DNA of 38,285 nt from a virus (IMGVR_UViG_3300016474_000553:1-38285); one strand, 5' to 3'; counted from the stretch's first letter, positions 30,613 to 38,012 are shown. A program made the numbers and translations. Notes: generated from the sequence alone by a model not told the origin.

Positions 30613-30927
30613 TTATCCTTTAATTAATTGCTTTGGGGGAGCACCTAGTGCTTTATCAAATCGTGAGTCTGTATATGAACGACACTCAGCAATTTGTCTA
30701 TAAACATTTTCAAATTCATAAGATGTTTGACGTTCTGTATCTTCAAATTTTTTATAAACTTGTTGAAGATTATAGTCTCTATCTCGAGTACCATTATCTA
30801 TCCACTCATGAGTGGCTTTTAATTCAAATGTTAATTTAATAATCTTAAATATACCCCAAATAATCACAGCTATAATAGCAGTTGCAACTATCGAGAGCAT
30901 ACCTAAAACGAAAGATGTTGTTTCCAT
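30613..30927 (-). CDS. Small membrane protein with coiled coil
   Basis: N-terminal TM helix; C-terminal SYTDSRFDK. Confidence 0.7.
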   Translation of the reverse strand: METTSFVLGMLSIVATAIIAVIIWGIFKIIKLTFELKATHEWIDNGTRDRDYNLQQVYKKFEDTERQTSYEFENVYRQIAECRSYTDSRFDKALGAPPKQLIKG

Positions 30928-30966
30928 AATTTGTTTCTCCTTTATTTCAATGAACTTACTTTTTAG

Positions 30967-31040
30967 TGCACCTTACAGGAATCGAACCTGTGACCTACTG
31001 ATTATGAGTCAGTTGCTCTAACCGTCTGAGCTAAAGGTGC
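30967..31040 (-). tRNA. tRNA with CAT anticodon (probably Ile2, lysidine-modified; elongator Met possible)
   Basis: GCACCTT/AAGGTGC acceptor, ACTGA-CTCATAA-TCAGT anticodon arm, GGTTCGATTCC T-loop; C4:G69 and C5:G68 are TilS-type determinants; CCA not encoded. Confidence 0.9.
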
Positions 31041-31496
31041 TTATTTACAAATCGCATCTGCTACGTATGAAGCTACTACTGCGTTTGGTTTACATCGAGG
31101 TGTATATCCCATTGATTCAACATAACCTAGAGCTGCTCGTAACACTTGATTTGATTTATATTTTGGGTCTGGGTTTAGATCTATGTCTATAAAATTAGGT
31201 TTTGGTACCCCATTTTTAACTAAATAATTAGCTATTTGTAATGAATACTCTACTTCATTCCATAGTCTACTAAATCTATCTCTAATAAGAGGGACTATAT
31301 CTTTAACATATAAAACATGTCCCCCCTTACTAGTATTATGTAATACAATCACTGTTGCAAAAGTAGTATTTCTAGTATTTTGAGAATCACTACCTATGAA
31401 AATACTTGTATTACTATTTTTAGATAAAAAGTCTTTAATATATGGGATTAAATCAATCTCATTTCTGGTTGTCAATGACTTGAATTTTAAATCCAT
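31041..31496 (-). CDS. Ribonuclease H-like YkuK (DUF458) family protein
   Basis: IFIGSDSQ...FATVIVLH..KGG...RLWNEV..S...DIDLN...KP....ASYVAD. Confidence 0.8.
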   Translation of the reverse strand: MDLKFKSLTTRNEIDLIPYIKDFLSKNSNTSIFIGSDSQNTRNTTFATVIVLHNTSKGGHVLYVKDIVPLIRDRFSRLWNEVEYSLQIANYLVKNGVPKPNFIDIDLNPDPKYKSNQVLRAALGYVESMGYTPRCKPNAVVASYVADAICK

Positions 31497-31538
31497 ATAA
31501 AACTGTTTATCATAAATAATATAATAAAAAATTTTTAA

Positions 31539-31937
31539 TTACCAAGTTTTATCTGGAGAGTAGATTCTAAAGAAATGGTAAGATACTCTGAATTTAGGAA
31601 TGTCAATAACATAAAAATTAAAACAATCCCAAAATCTAGTAGCATATTTACCTTCTAATACTCCATTGAAATACACCTCAGTTGAACCTGAATGAAGATC
31701 ACAAATAAATTTCAAAGCATTATTTTGAATAATATATATGTCTTTATCCTCAATTAAATCAACTTTATATATTTGATCTGTTCTAGATAAAGACGCCCCA
31801 ATATTAGTCATCTCAGTACTAGGGCCAGGAAGAAACAATCTATATTCTTCGTTTTTAAATCTTTGATTTATGAATGTAGATTGAGAATATAATGAAACCT
31901 TTATTAGTAGTGCTAGAAGCACAAGTAGTGTTTTCAT
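31539..31937 (-). CDS. Hypothetical exported protein
   Basis: Signal peptide MKTLLVLLALLIKVSLYS-Q (Bacteroidota-like Gln at +1). Confidence 0.65.
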   Translation of the reverse strand: MKTLLVLLALLIKVSLYSQSTFINQRFKNEEYRLFLPGPSTEMTNIGASLSRTDQIYKVDLIEDKDIYIIQNNALKFICDLHSGSTEVYFNGVLEGKYATRFWDCFNFYVIDIPKFRVSYHFFRIYSPDKTW

Positions 31938-31971
31938 TATAATGTGTTTATAATAAATATTATAAACTTAG

Positions 31972-32043
31972 TACCCCTACCTGGACTCGAACCAGGAATA
32001 ACAGATTAGAAATCTGTGGTTATATCCCTTTAACTATAGAGGC
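31972..32043 (-). tRNA. tRNA-Arg(TCT)
   Basis: GCCTCTA/TAGGGGT acceptor, GTTA/TAAC D-stem, ACAGA-TTTCTAA-TCTGT anticodon arm, CCTGG-TTCGAGT-CCAGG T-arm. Confidence 0.9.
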
Positions 32044-32048
32044 ATAAA

Positions 32049-32125
32049 CCTATATTCACTCACACCGGGTGCTGCAGTTTACGCTGAGTATTGCAAATAT
32101 AGGGGAATTGAGAGCGACTCAATTC
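32049..32125 (-). ncRNA. Structured RNA candidate between the tRNA genes
   Basis: GAATTGAG/CTCAATTC hairpin, then CCTATATT/AATATAGG stem enclosing TACTCA/TGAGTG and two mini-hairpins; GC-rich relative to the genome. Confidence 0.35.
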
Positions 32126-32130
32126 TTTAG

Positions 32131-32254
32131 TGATCAAGGTAGGATTCGAACCTACACGGGCTGCCATTATAGTAACCTGGATGTATACACATACCTTTTT
32201 TTACCCACAGTGCTATAACCATCTGTCGCGTCTTACCAATTCCGCCACTTGACC
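32131..32254 (-). ncRNA. tRNA-like RNA (Leu-type D and T arms) with aberrant anticodon loop and enlarged variable region, 124 nt
   Basis: GGTCAAG/CTTGATC acceptor, TGGCGGAATTGGTAAGACGCG D-arm, GTAGG-TTCGAAT-CCTAC T-arm; about 70 nt between D and T arms. Confidence 0.7.
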
Positions 32255-32258
32255 TAAG

Positions 32259-32450
32259 TTAATCTTTTAGATTATCGTACTTACAACATGTCAAATAATA
32301 ATCAATAATGTTCTCTTTAGAAACATTAATTCCTTTATGCAATGTTCTAGAAACTACCACCCACAACTCATCTATGTGGGCGGTAATTGGTTCTAGATTC
32401 AGCTCTTTGTTTATTAGCTGATGTAATTCTTGTTTACTATTAAGCTGCAT
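32259..32450 (-). CDS. Small hypothetical protein
   Basis: ATG at 32450 overlapping the end of DUF932 is the most plausible start. Confidence 0.5.
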   Translation of the reverse strand: MQLNSKQELHQLINKELNLEPITAHIDELWVVVSRTLHKGINVSKENIIDYYLTCCKYDNLKD

Positions 32451-33240
32451 ATTCAACTGCAAGTTCATATAGTTTAGCATTCAAATCAAGGTCTTGTTTA
32501 AAATTCTTAATTTTTCTTGCTTTACGCAACTTAGTACCTGATGTGTATTCAAACATACCATGTACTAGTTTCTCTTGAACCACATTAAATACACTCCATA
32601 AATCATTACCATTATCTTCAGGGCGAGTTGGTGTAACCAAATCATCAAAATCGATTGTAATGTTTTCTAGTTGTTCAACTCCAAATCGAATTGCAGCTGC
32701 TTTTTTAGCAAACTCAGCAATTTGTTCTTTGCGGAGTTTCTTTTTCTTAAATTGATTCATTGATTCAACTGTCAGTGGAAGTTTTTCAACCATTGTACCA
32801 ATAACATTCTTCAATTCTTCAAAATCATATCCGTAGTGACGAATCTTAAGATTTTCAAACTCCTTAGAGCAAATAACCAAACCATTCTCACACACCATAC
32901 GGAACAAACCAGCTGTGAAAGTAAATGCGTTTTTACCATCATGGCTATTAGTCAATAGAATCTGTGGGTAAGCATGATCACCATCTTCTCCATTAATGAC
33001 AATATCATTATTACGGAACACAACTAGGTGTTTTTGGTAACCATCGCCCTTACGAGCGCGAACTTCTTTTGCATCAACTACTCCCCAACCTAGCTTTTCC
33101 ATATCCTGAATGATTTGGAAGGTTGAAATGTGAGCATATTTTTCACTAGTACCTGGAGCACCTTTAGCTGTGAAAATTGATTTTGCTTTGTTTTGGATTT
33201 CTGACTCTGTCAAAAATGTGTTGCTTTCAATGTTTAACAT
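32440..33240 (-). CDS. DUF932 domain protein
   Basis: LLTNSHDGKNAF...GLFRMVCENGLV...LWSVFNVVQE. Confidence 0.85.
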   Translation of the reverse strand: MLNIESNTFLTESEIQNKAKSIFTAKGAPGTSEKYAHISTFQIIQDMEKLGWGVVDAKEVRARKGDGYQKHLVVFRNNDIVINGEDGDHAYPQILLTNSHDGKNAFTFTAGLFRMVCENGLVICSKEFENLKIRHYGYDFEELKNVIGTMVEKLPLTVESMNQFKKKKLRKEQIAEFAKKAAAIRFGVEQLENITIDFDDLVTPTRPEDNGNDLWSVFNVVQEKLVHGMFEYTSGTKLRKARKIKNFKQDLDLNAKLYELAVEYAA

Positions 33241-33261
33241 AACCTTTATTATTTATTTTAA

Positions 33262-33307
33262 TTATTAATTTATATCTAAATATAACATCCTTTTCCTGTG
33301 AAGCCAA
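33262..33307 (-). promoter_or_regulatory. Early promoter repeat, copy 1
   Basis: CTTGGCTTC...GATGTTATATTTAGATATAAATTAAT. Confidence 0.75.
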
Positions 33308-33315
33308 GCCTCCTG

Positions 33316-33627
33316 TTAAAGACTTTCAATCAAGTAACAAATTCGTTGAATAGTATCGTGTTTCTTCATACGGATATCCATTCTGTACGGTTCCAAATCC
33401 AATGTTTTATCCATTTGTTTTACCTGAATTGCCATAAACTTTAACTTCTCTGTGGTAGATCCTTCAATTTCACCCTCCAAAACCATATCAGGGAATATAA
33501 TATTTGGTTTTTCTGTTGCTTTTCTACCACGTTTCTTTGGTTCTGTTGTGGTAGTTGTGTTCAATTGAATTTCTACTTCTTTTACTTTACCCGTTCCTGG
33601 TGGGCGACCTCGACGTTTTTGTTCCAT
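33316..33627 (-). CDS. Small protein with AT-hook-like motifs
   Basis: KRRGRPPG and KKRGRK. Confidence 0.7.
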   Translation of the reverse strand: MEQKRRGRPPGTGKVKEVEIQLNTTTTTEPKKRGRKATEKPNIIFPDMVLEGEIEGSTTEKLKFMAIQVKQMDKTLDLEPYRMDIRMKKHDTIQRICYLIESL

Positions 33628-33646
33628 AACCTTTATTTGTGTTTAA

Positions 33647-33811
33647 TTATATAATAAATAATGCTGTTAGAATCCAATAAATTAATACTTGACCAATATA
33701 TCCAAATTTTTGTTCTTGGAATGATGTGCCTTCATTTCTTTTTTTAGCATCAATACGTACATGTGATATTGCACAATATGCCATCCAAATATATGCTACT
33801 GTTGCTATCAT
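33647..33811 (-). CDS. Small membrane protein, 54 aa; absent from the ORF track
   Basis: MIATVAYIWMAYCAISHVRIDAKKRNEGTSFQEQKFGYIGQVLIYWILTALFII; fills the gap between co-oriented genes. Confidence 0.6.
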   Translation of the reverse strand: MIATVAYIWMAYCAISHVRIDAKKRNEGTSFQEQKFGYIGQVLIYWILTALFII

Positions 33812-33812
33812 A

Positions 33813-34052
33813 TTAAATAAACAAACTTGTAATAAACAAACCTGAATAAATTACTCCATATATCAAAGTGAATAATACTACATCTGTTTTGATCTTATAG
33901 AAAGCATATTTCCATCCCATTACTTGAAAAAACAACTTAAATGTGAAACTTTTAGTGTGGAGATACATCATATGAAAACATGTGATGATTCCAATAATAC
34001 ACATTGCATTTTTTACACTCAAAAATTCCTTTGTAATTTCAATTGTTTCCAT
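33813..34052 (-). CDS. Small membrane protein
   Basis: 79 aa, two hydrophobic segments; directly downstream of a promoter repeat. Confidence 0.65.
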   Translation of the reverse strand: METIEITKEFLSVKNAMCIIGIITCFHMMYLHTKSFTFKLFFQVMGWKYAFYKIKTDVVLFTLIYGVIYSGLFITSLFI

Positions 34053-34056
34053 GTGC

Positions 34057-34103
34057 TTTTAATTTATATCTAAATATAACATCCCTTCACCCGGAAGCCA
34101 AAC
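34057..34103 (-). promoter_or_regulatory. Early promoter repeat, copy 2
   Basis: GTTTGGCTTCC...GATGTTATATTTAGATATAAATTAAAAG. Confidence 0.8.
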
Positions 34104-34146
34104 AAGAGGTAAGGGAAGTGTGGAAGATCCACTAGAACGTTGAAAA

Positions 34147-35016
34147 TTAAATAGGTATAACGTCTAAATCCTTAGTAATTACAAACAACACATTACTAGC
34201 TTTCACCAGGATAGCTTCAGGTTTAGCGTTAGCTATTACATCATGGTAAATCATTTTATCATCATTGATTACTTCTTCCAATGAATTACTTTCACCTACC
34301 ATTGTATCAAATTCTTCACCTGATCCTTCATAAGTGTATATCCCATACTCTCCTTTACTTAATGATAAACCGTCTAAATAATTCTGTAGTTTTACCATTT
34401 CAGGAGTAGGGTTAGTACTAGCTACATAGCTGACTATATCTTGTATTCCTATAATTTTATCATTTTTAGCATCCTCGAGAGTTAGGGGAGCATAGAATCC
34501 ACCTGTTTCTACTCCAAAGAAACCTCCAAGTTGAGTGGCTGGATAAATTTTGTTTGTCCAAATGGCTCTTGAACCTTCATAAAGGATGTTATCGGAAAAG
34601 AGGTTACCATAATGAACTAAAACCATGTAGTACATCAAAGCACCTAAACCTTGACCTCTATAAAGTTTACTAATATATGTTAAAACAATCTGCCCTCCCT
34701 CTAATCCATAAGGTTTACCCTTCACATCTTCTACATCAACAGAACCAACAATATATTCCTTCCAGGTCTCAGCAGATGGTTTTACCAGGTATTTTGTAGT
34801 ACCATCAACACCAGTTGGTTCTATCATTTTATACTCACCAACCTCAGATAATTCTTTATATTGTAATTTAGACTCATCTACAGGACTATCATCACCCACC
34901 ATTAAGTCAAAGTTATAAAAGAAACTCTCCCTCAATTGATCATCATTAACAAATGCTTGGCCTAGACTTCCTTTACGTATATCTAGTTCTCGGAGTAAAT
35001 CAGTTAGTTTTATCAT
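34147..35016 (-). CDS. GNAT-fold acetyltransferase-like protein with MIKLTDLLRE leader
   Basis: Start re-assigned to ATG at 35016, which has ATATTTAT 4 nt upstream; GNAT motif A YISKLYRGQGLGALMY...SD....EGSRAIW. Confidence 0.7.
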   Translation of the reverse strand: MIKLTDLLRELDIRKGSLGQAFVNDDQLRESFFYNFDLMVGDDSPVDESKLQYKELSEVGEYKMIEPTGVDGTTKYLVKPSAETWKEYIVGSVDVEDVKGKPYGLEGGQIVLTYISKLYRGQGLGALMYYMVLVHYGNLFSDNILYEGSRAIWTNKIYPATQLGGFFGVETGGFYAPLTLEDAKNDKIIGIQDIVSYVASTNPTPEMVKLQNYLDGLSLSKGEYGIYTYEGSGEEFDTMVGESNSLEEVINDDKMIYHDVIANAKPEAILVKASNVLFVITKDLDVIPI

Positions 35017-35038
35017 ATCAATAAATATTCTAATAAAC

Positions 35039-35074
35039 AAAAGAAAACCCCGATGAGTAGCGAATTCATCGGGG
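35039..35074 (-). terminator. Rho-independent terminator closing a small-RNA candidate
   Basis: CCCCGATGA-ATTCGCTAC-TCATCGGGG followed by TTTTCTTTT. Confidence 0.8.
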
Positions 35075-35140
35075 CTCTAAGTAGCCTAAACTACAACGGT
35101 CCTAAGCCGTTATCTTCAAATTCATATATACATATATAAA

Positions 35141-35166
35141 GAAAAAGGCCCCCACATGTGGACCTC
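35141..35166 (-). terminator. Probable terminator after the T5orf172 gene
   Basis: Imperfect GC hairpin AGGTCCACATGTGGGGCCT followed by TTTTC. Confidence 0.45.
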
Positions 35167-35201
35167 TCACCACCACACTTTAATACGTATATATAGATAT
35201 A

Positions 35202-35807
35202 CTAATATATGATTGGATTACCTACTTGAAATATAGCGCCTATTTCTCGTACTTTATCAAATGCAGTTAGTGGATCAATTTGAAAAAATTCTCTTTCATT
35301 ACCATGATCGGATGATATTCTCTTGTCGGAGAAACATTTGTGTACTTGTTGTTCAACTCTAAATGCATTACCTTTGGATACGGGGAGAGCAAATTTAGGG
35401 ACCCACTCATGTACAGTGGCGGTAGCATTTATACCTCTGACCCTACCCTCTACAGTACGTTCGGTCATTCCTATTTTGACTAGATCTGGGTAACCGGGGT
35501 TGGTGAGAACATAGATATACTCAATGTTGTCTTTGGTGTGGTTCTGGAAACCTATGTTTTCGAGCCCATAAACAAAATCCCATTCATTTTCGGATAATGG
35601 GATTTCAATGAGGTACTTAGCTCTTACAAACGTGAGAAGCTTGCTTGTATCCACATGTCTAAACTTGGATCTAAGCACGGAATAGTTGTTTTTCCATGTT
35701 TGAGATTGTGGGTGATGGCCTGTGCCGTTAGATGGGTCTAATATGGTTATCTCGCCTATACTTTCTAAGTGTAAGGCTTCATCAAGTGGAAGTTTGTCTC
35801 TATACAT
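35202..35807 (-). CDS. T5orf172-domain (GIY-YIG-like) protein
   Basis: YIYVLTNPGYPDLVKIGMTERTVEGR...EQQVH...REFF; start re-assigned to ATG at 35807 just downstream of a consensus promoter. Confidence 0.8.
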   Translation of the reverse strand: MYRDKLPLDEALHLESIGEITILDPSNGTGHHPQSQTWKNNYSVLRSKFRHVDTSKLLTFVRAKYLIEIPLSENEWDFVYGLENIGFQNHTKDNIEYIYVLTNPGYPDLVKIGMTERTVEGRVRGINATATVHEWVPKFALPVSKGNAFRVEQQVHKCFSDKRISSDHGNEREFFQIDPLTAFDKVREIGAIFQVGNPIIY

Positions 35808-35812
35808 ATATA

Positions 35813-35844
35813 CAAATATACTTATATACTTGGTCGATGCCAAA
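35813..35844 (-). promoter_or_regulatory. Consensus Bacteroidota primary-sigma promoter
   Basis: TTTG-GCATCGACCAAGTATATAAG(20)-TATATTTG, an exact -33/-7 match. Confidence 0.75.
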
Positions 35845-36079
35845 AGATCCTATAAAAGAGAGATTTTAGGTTTTACCATTTGTGGTCCAAAGGGGTATTT
35901 TGAAAATTGGGGGTGTATTATGGGGCATATATACGTATATACAATCGGTGCGTGAAGATCGTATAAGATCTGAAAAGTGCTCATTCACGCAGGAAGATCA
36001 AGTATCCGGTTATATGGACCATAACGCGCATGGTAGATACTTATACATGTACCGTATATATATGTACCGTGTACTGCGG

Positions 36080-36343
36080 CTAAGCCGCAAGATTACTTTT
36101 TACCAACCTCACAAACTCATTTATCTTATCAGCATCGGTTTTACTTTCATCACACGCCCACTTTAAAACATCCGCATGGTGGGTTGAACGATGATAATCA
36201 ATCATGTCATCATATGACTTGAAATTGGATTTAGAAAACGTTACATATGAGCCATCAGCATCATCTGAAATTTGGTAACCGAGTGCTTCAACGAATGCAT
36301 AAACTGATTTGTTGATGTGTTTTTTCTGTTCTGTCTTTGTCAT
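36080..36343 (-). CDS. Early hypothetical protein (cassette)
   Basis: 87 aa, directly behind a promoter repeat. Confidence 0.75.
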   Translation of the reverse strand: MTKTEQKKHINKSVYAFVEALGYQISDDADGSYVTFSKSNFKSYDDMIDYHRSTHHADVLKWACDESKTDADKINEFVRLVKSNLAA

Positions 36344-36402
36344 GTTATTACTGTTTTTAATTATGAACTAAATATAACATCCCTCCCCTGCGAGGCCAAA
36401 CC

Positions 36403-36558
36403 TTAGGCTTCCAATTGCTCAACAGTTATCTTAATCACACCTTTCAGGTAACCAATAATGTAAGCGTATTCTTGTTCTCGAGTTTCAAACATTCTTTCAG
36501 CTACATTGATATGATGATTCAACATTCCAGCTAACATTTTTTTCTGCTTCTTTGTCAT
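36403..36558 (-). CDS. Early hypothetical protein, 51 aa (cassette); absent from the ORF track
   Basis: MTKKQKKMLAGMLNHHINVAERMFETREQEYAYIIGYLKGVIKITVEQLEA; fills the space between two repeats. Confidence 0.75.
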   Translation of the reverse strand: MTKKQKKMLAGMLNHHINVAERMFETREQEYAYIIGYLKGVIKITVEQLEA

Positions 36559-36621
36559 GTGCTAACGTTTTTTAATTATGACTAAATATAACATCAGGGC
36601 CGGGCGAGGCCAAACAGGAGG

Positions 36622-36807
36622 TTAATCACGATAACGTTGAGCGTATCGTTTTATTACCTCACTGCACTCATCTAAAGTCAAGCTATCAGCTAATCTGATC
36701 ACCTCATCAGCGGTTTCATGATCACATTCACCATAGGCATTGATCATGTTGTTGCACTGGATTTGTAAATCAATCACTTTGTTAATCAAATCTTCTCTCA
36801 TATTCAT
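36622..36807 (-). CDS. Early hypothetical protein (cassette)
   Basis: 61 aa between repeats. Confidence 0.75.
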   Translation of the reverse strand: MNMREDLINKVIDLQIQCNNMINAYGECDHETADEVIRLADSLTLDECSEVIKRYAQRYRD

Positions 36808-36860
36808 GTGTTTTTAATTATGACTAAATATAACATCAGGATCAGGTGAAGCCAAACAGA

Positions 36861-36878
36861 TGGGCACCTAGGTGCCCA
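36861..36878. terminator. Perfect 18-bp palindrome/stem-loop abutting a promoter repeat
   Basis: TGGGCAC-CTAG-GTGCCCA, extendable with AACAG/CTGTT. Confidence 0.6.
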
Positions 36879-36910
36879 AACTGTTCATAATTAAAAATAA
36901 CACATACACA

Positions 36911-37342
36911 CTATACTTTCTTCATAAACGTAATCACATTTGTTGCCTCATCCCAAACCGAATCATCATCTGTTTCAAATGCGTCTTCTATGCTGGAATT
37001 GATTTCCCTATAGATATTATCTTCATCTACTTCAATGTTTATTTCTCGATCATATAAATCAAGGTTAACATAATAATTCATATCTACTCCTGATCCCTTA
37101 ACTGCTTCTTTAGCCGCTTCTAATGCTCGTTCTTGGATTGTTCGAGTATACTCGATTAAAGCATCCTTAGTAAACGAGGCAGCAATAAGGGGATGTTCTA
37201 ATTCTTGTTTATTGGTAACCAATTGCTTTATCATCTGATCCCTCATACCCACCTGATTGATAATCCATTCCATCATCTCACCATCCATTTCTACTTCTTT
37301 TAATACCGCTACAACTACGTTTGCAATGTTTTGATTTGTCAT
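36911..37342 (-). CDS. Early hypothetical acidic protein (cassette)
   Basis: 143 aa between repeats. Confidence 0.75.
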   Translation of the reverse strand: MTNQNIANVVVAVLKEVEMDGEMMEWIINQVGMRDQMIKQLVTNKQELEHPLIAASFTKDALIEYTRTIQERALEAAKEAVKGSGVDMNYYVNLDLYDREINIEVDEDNIYREINSSIEDAFETDDDSVWDEATNVITFMKKV

Positions 37343-37401
37343 GTGTTTATATTTTTTAATTTATATCTGAATATAACATCCCTTCCCTGCAGAGCCAAAC
37401 C

Positions 37402-37647
37402 TTAGTTTAGAATGAATTTATTTTTCTTAATAAACGCTCTAGCTGTCTTTAAGGCTTGTTGACATGTAGCTCTGTGGCCTACTAGTATCATCATGTCAGC
37501 TACAATTTCATCTGCCTCAGCAGGTGGTAGTGGTTGGTCTAACTCCATACTGCACAACTGAATCGCTTCATCTGCTTCTTGAATGCCTTGTTTTGCGAGG
37601 TCAATTACCTGCTTTGCTTCGATCATCATTATGATATTCATGTTCAT
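37402..37647 (-). CDS. Early hypothetical helical protein (cassette)
   Basis: 81 aa between repeats. Confidence 0.75.
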   Translation of the reverse strand: MNMNIIMMIEAKQVIDLAKQGIQEADEAIQLCSMELDQPLPPAEADEIVADMMILVGHRATCQQALKTARAFIKKNKFILN

Positions 37648-37702
37648 GTTTTTTAATTATGACTAAATATAACATCAAGACCCTGTGAGGCCAAACAAGT
37701 GG

Positions 37703-37948
37703 TTACAACCACATATCATAAGCATACATTTCGCGGGTGTTATAATCTGAAGTTATAACCAAACCATCACCACAAATCTCTTGTAGTTCTTTAATCCCTA
37801 CACTTGTGAAAACATAAGCACCCCATTCATCATTTCTCTTAGCTACTACCCTACCAGCAAACCCAAGTGGATGAGGCATATACACTGGTTTGAAGTTTTT
37901 TGATTTACGAATTGCTGAAACGTACTTGTGAAAAGAATTCATTGCCAT
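37703..37948 (-). CDS. Early hypothetical protein (cassette)
   Basis: 81 aa between repeats. Confidence 0.75.
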   Translation of the reverse strand: MAMNSFHKYVSAIRKSKNFKPVYMPHPLGFAGRVVAKRNDEWGAYVFTSVGIKELQEICGDGLVITSDYNTREMYAYDMWL

Positions 37949-38012
37949 GTTGTTATCGTTTTTTAATTATGACTAAATATAACATCCCTCCTCGTGGAGG
38001 CCAAACAAGAGG

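Noticed and set aside
32044-32130. Theta/HDV-like ribozyme 3' of a tRNA
   Set aside because: The first hairpin has only a 5-nt loop and cannot hold the nested P2/P3 topology; no J4/2 catalytic motif recognised
32131-32254. tmRNA
   Set aside because: Too short, has a D-stem, and lacks a G3:U70 pair and a tag ORF
35075-35112. Twister ribozyme (plus-strand GGTCCTAAGCC resembles the P4 loop)
   Set aside because: The P2 partner and pseudoknot-pairing segment were not found in any permutation, and it is on the non-transcribed strand
50-37057. All plus-strand ORFs in the track (e.g. 50..286, 3287..3499, 6228..6443, 24940..25254, 35882..36166)
   Set aside because: They lie wholly or partly antisense to better-supported minus-strand genes or regulatory DNA, have shadow-like composition and lack motifs or promoters
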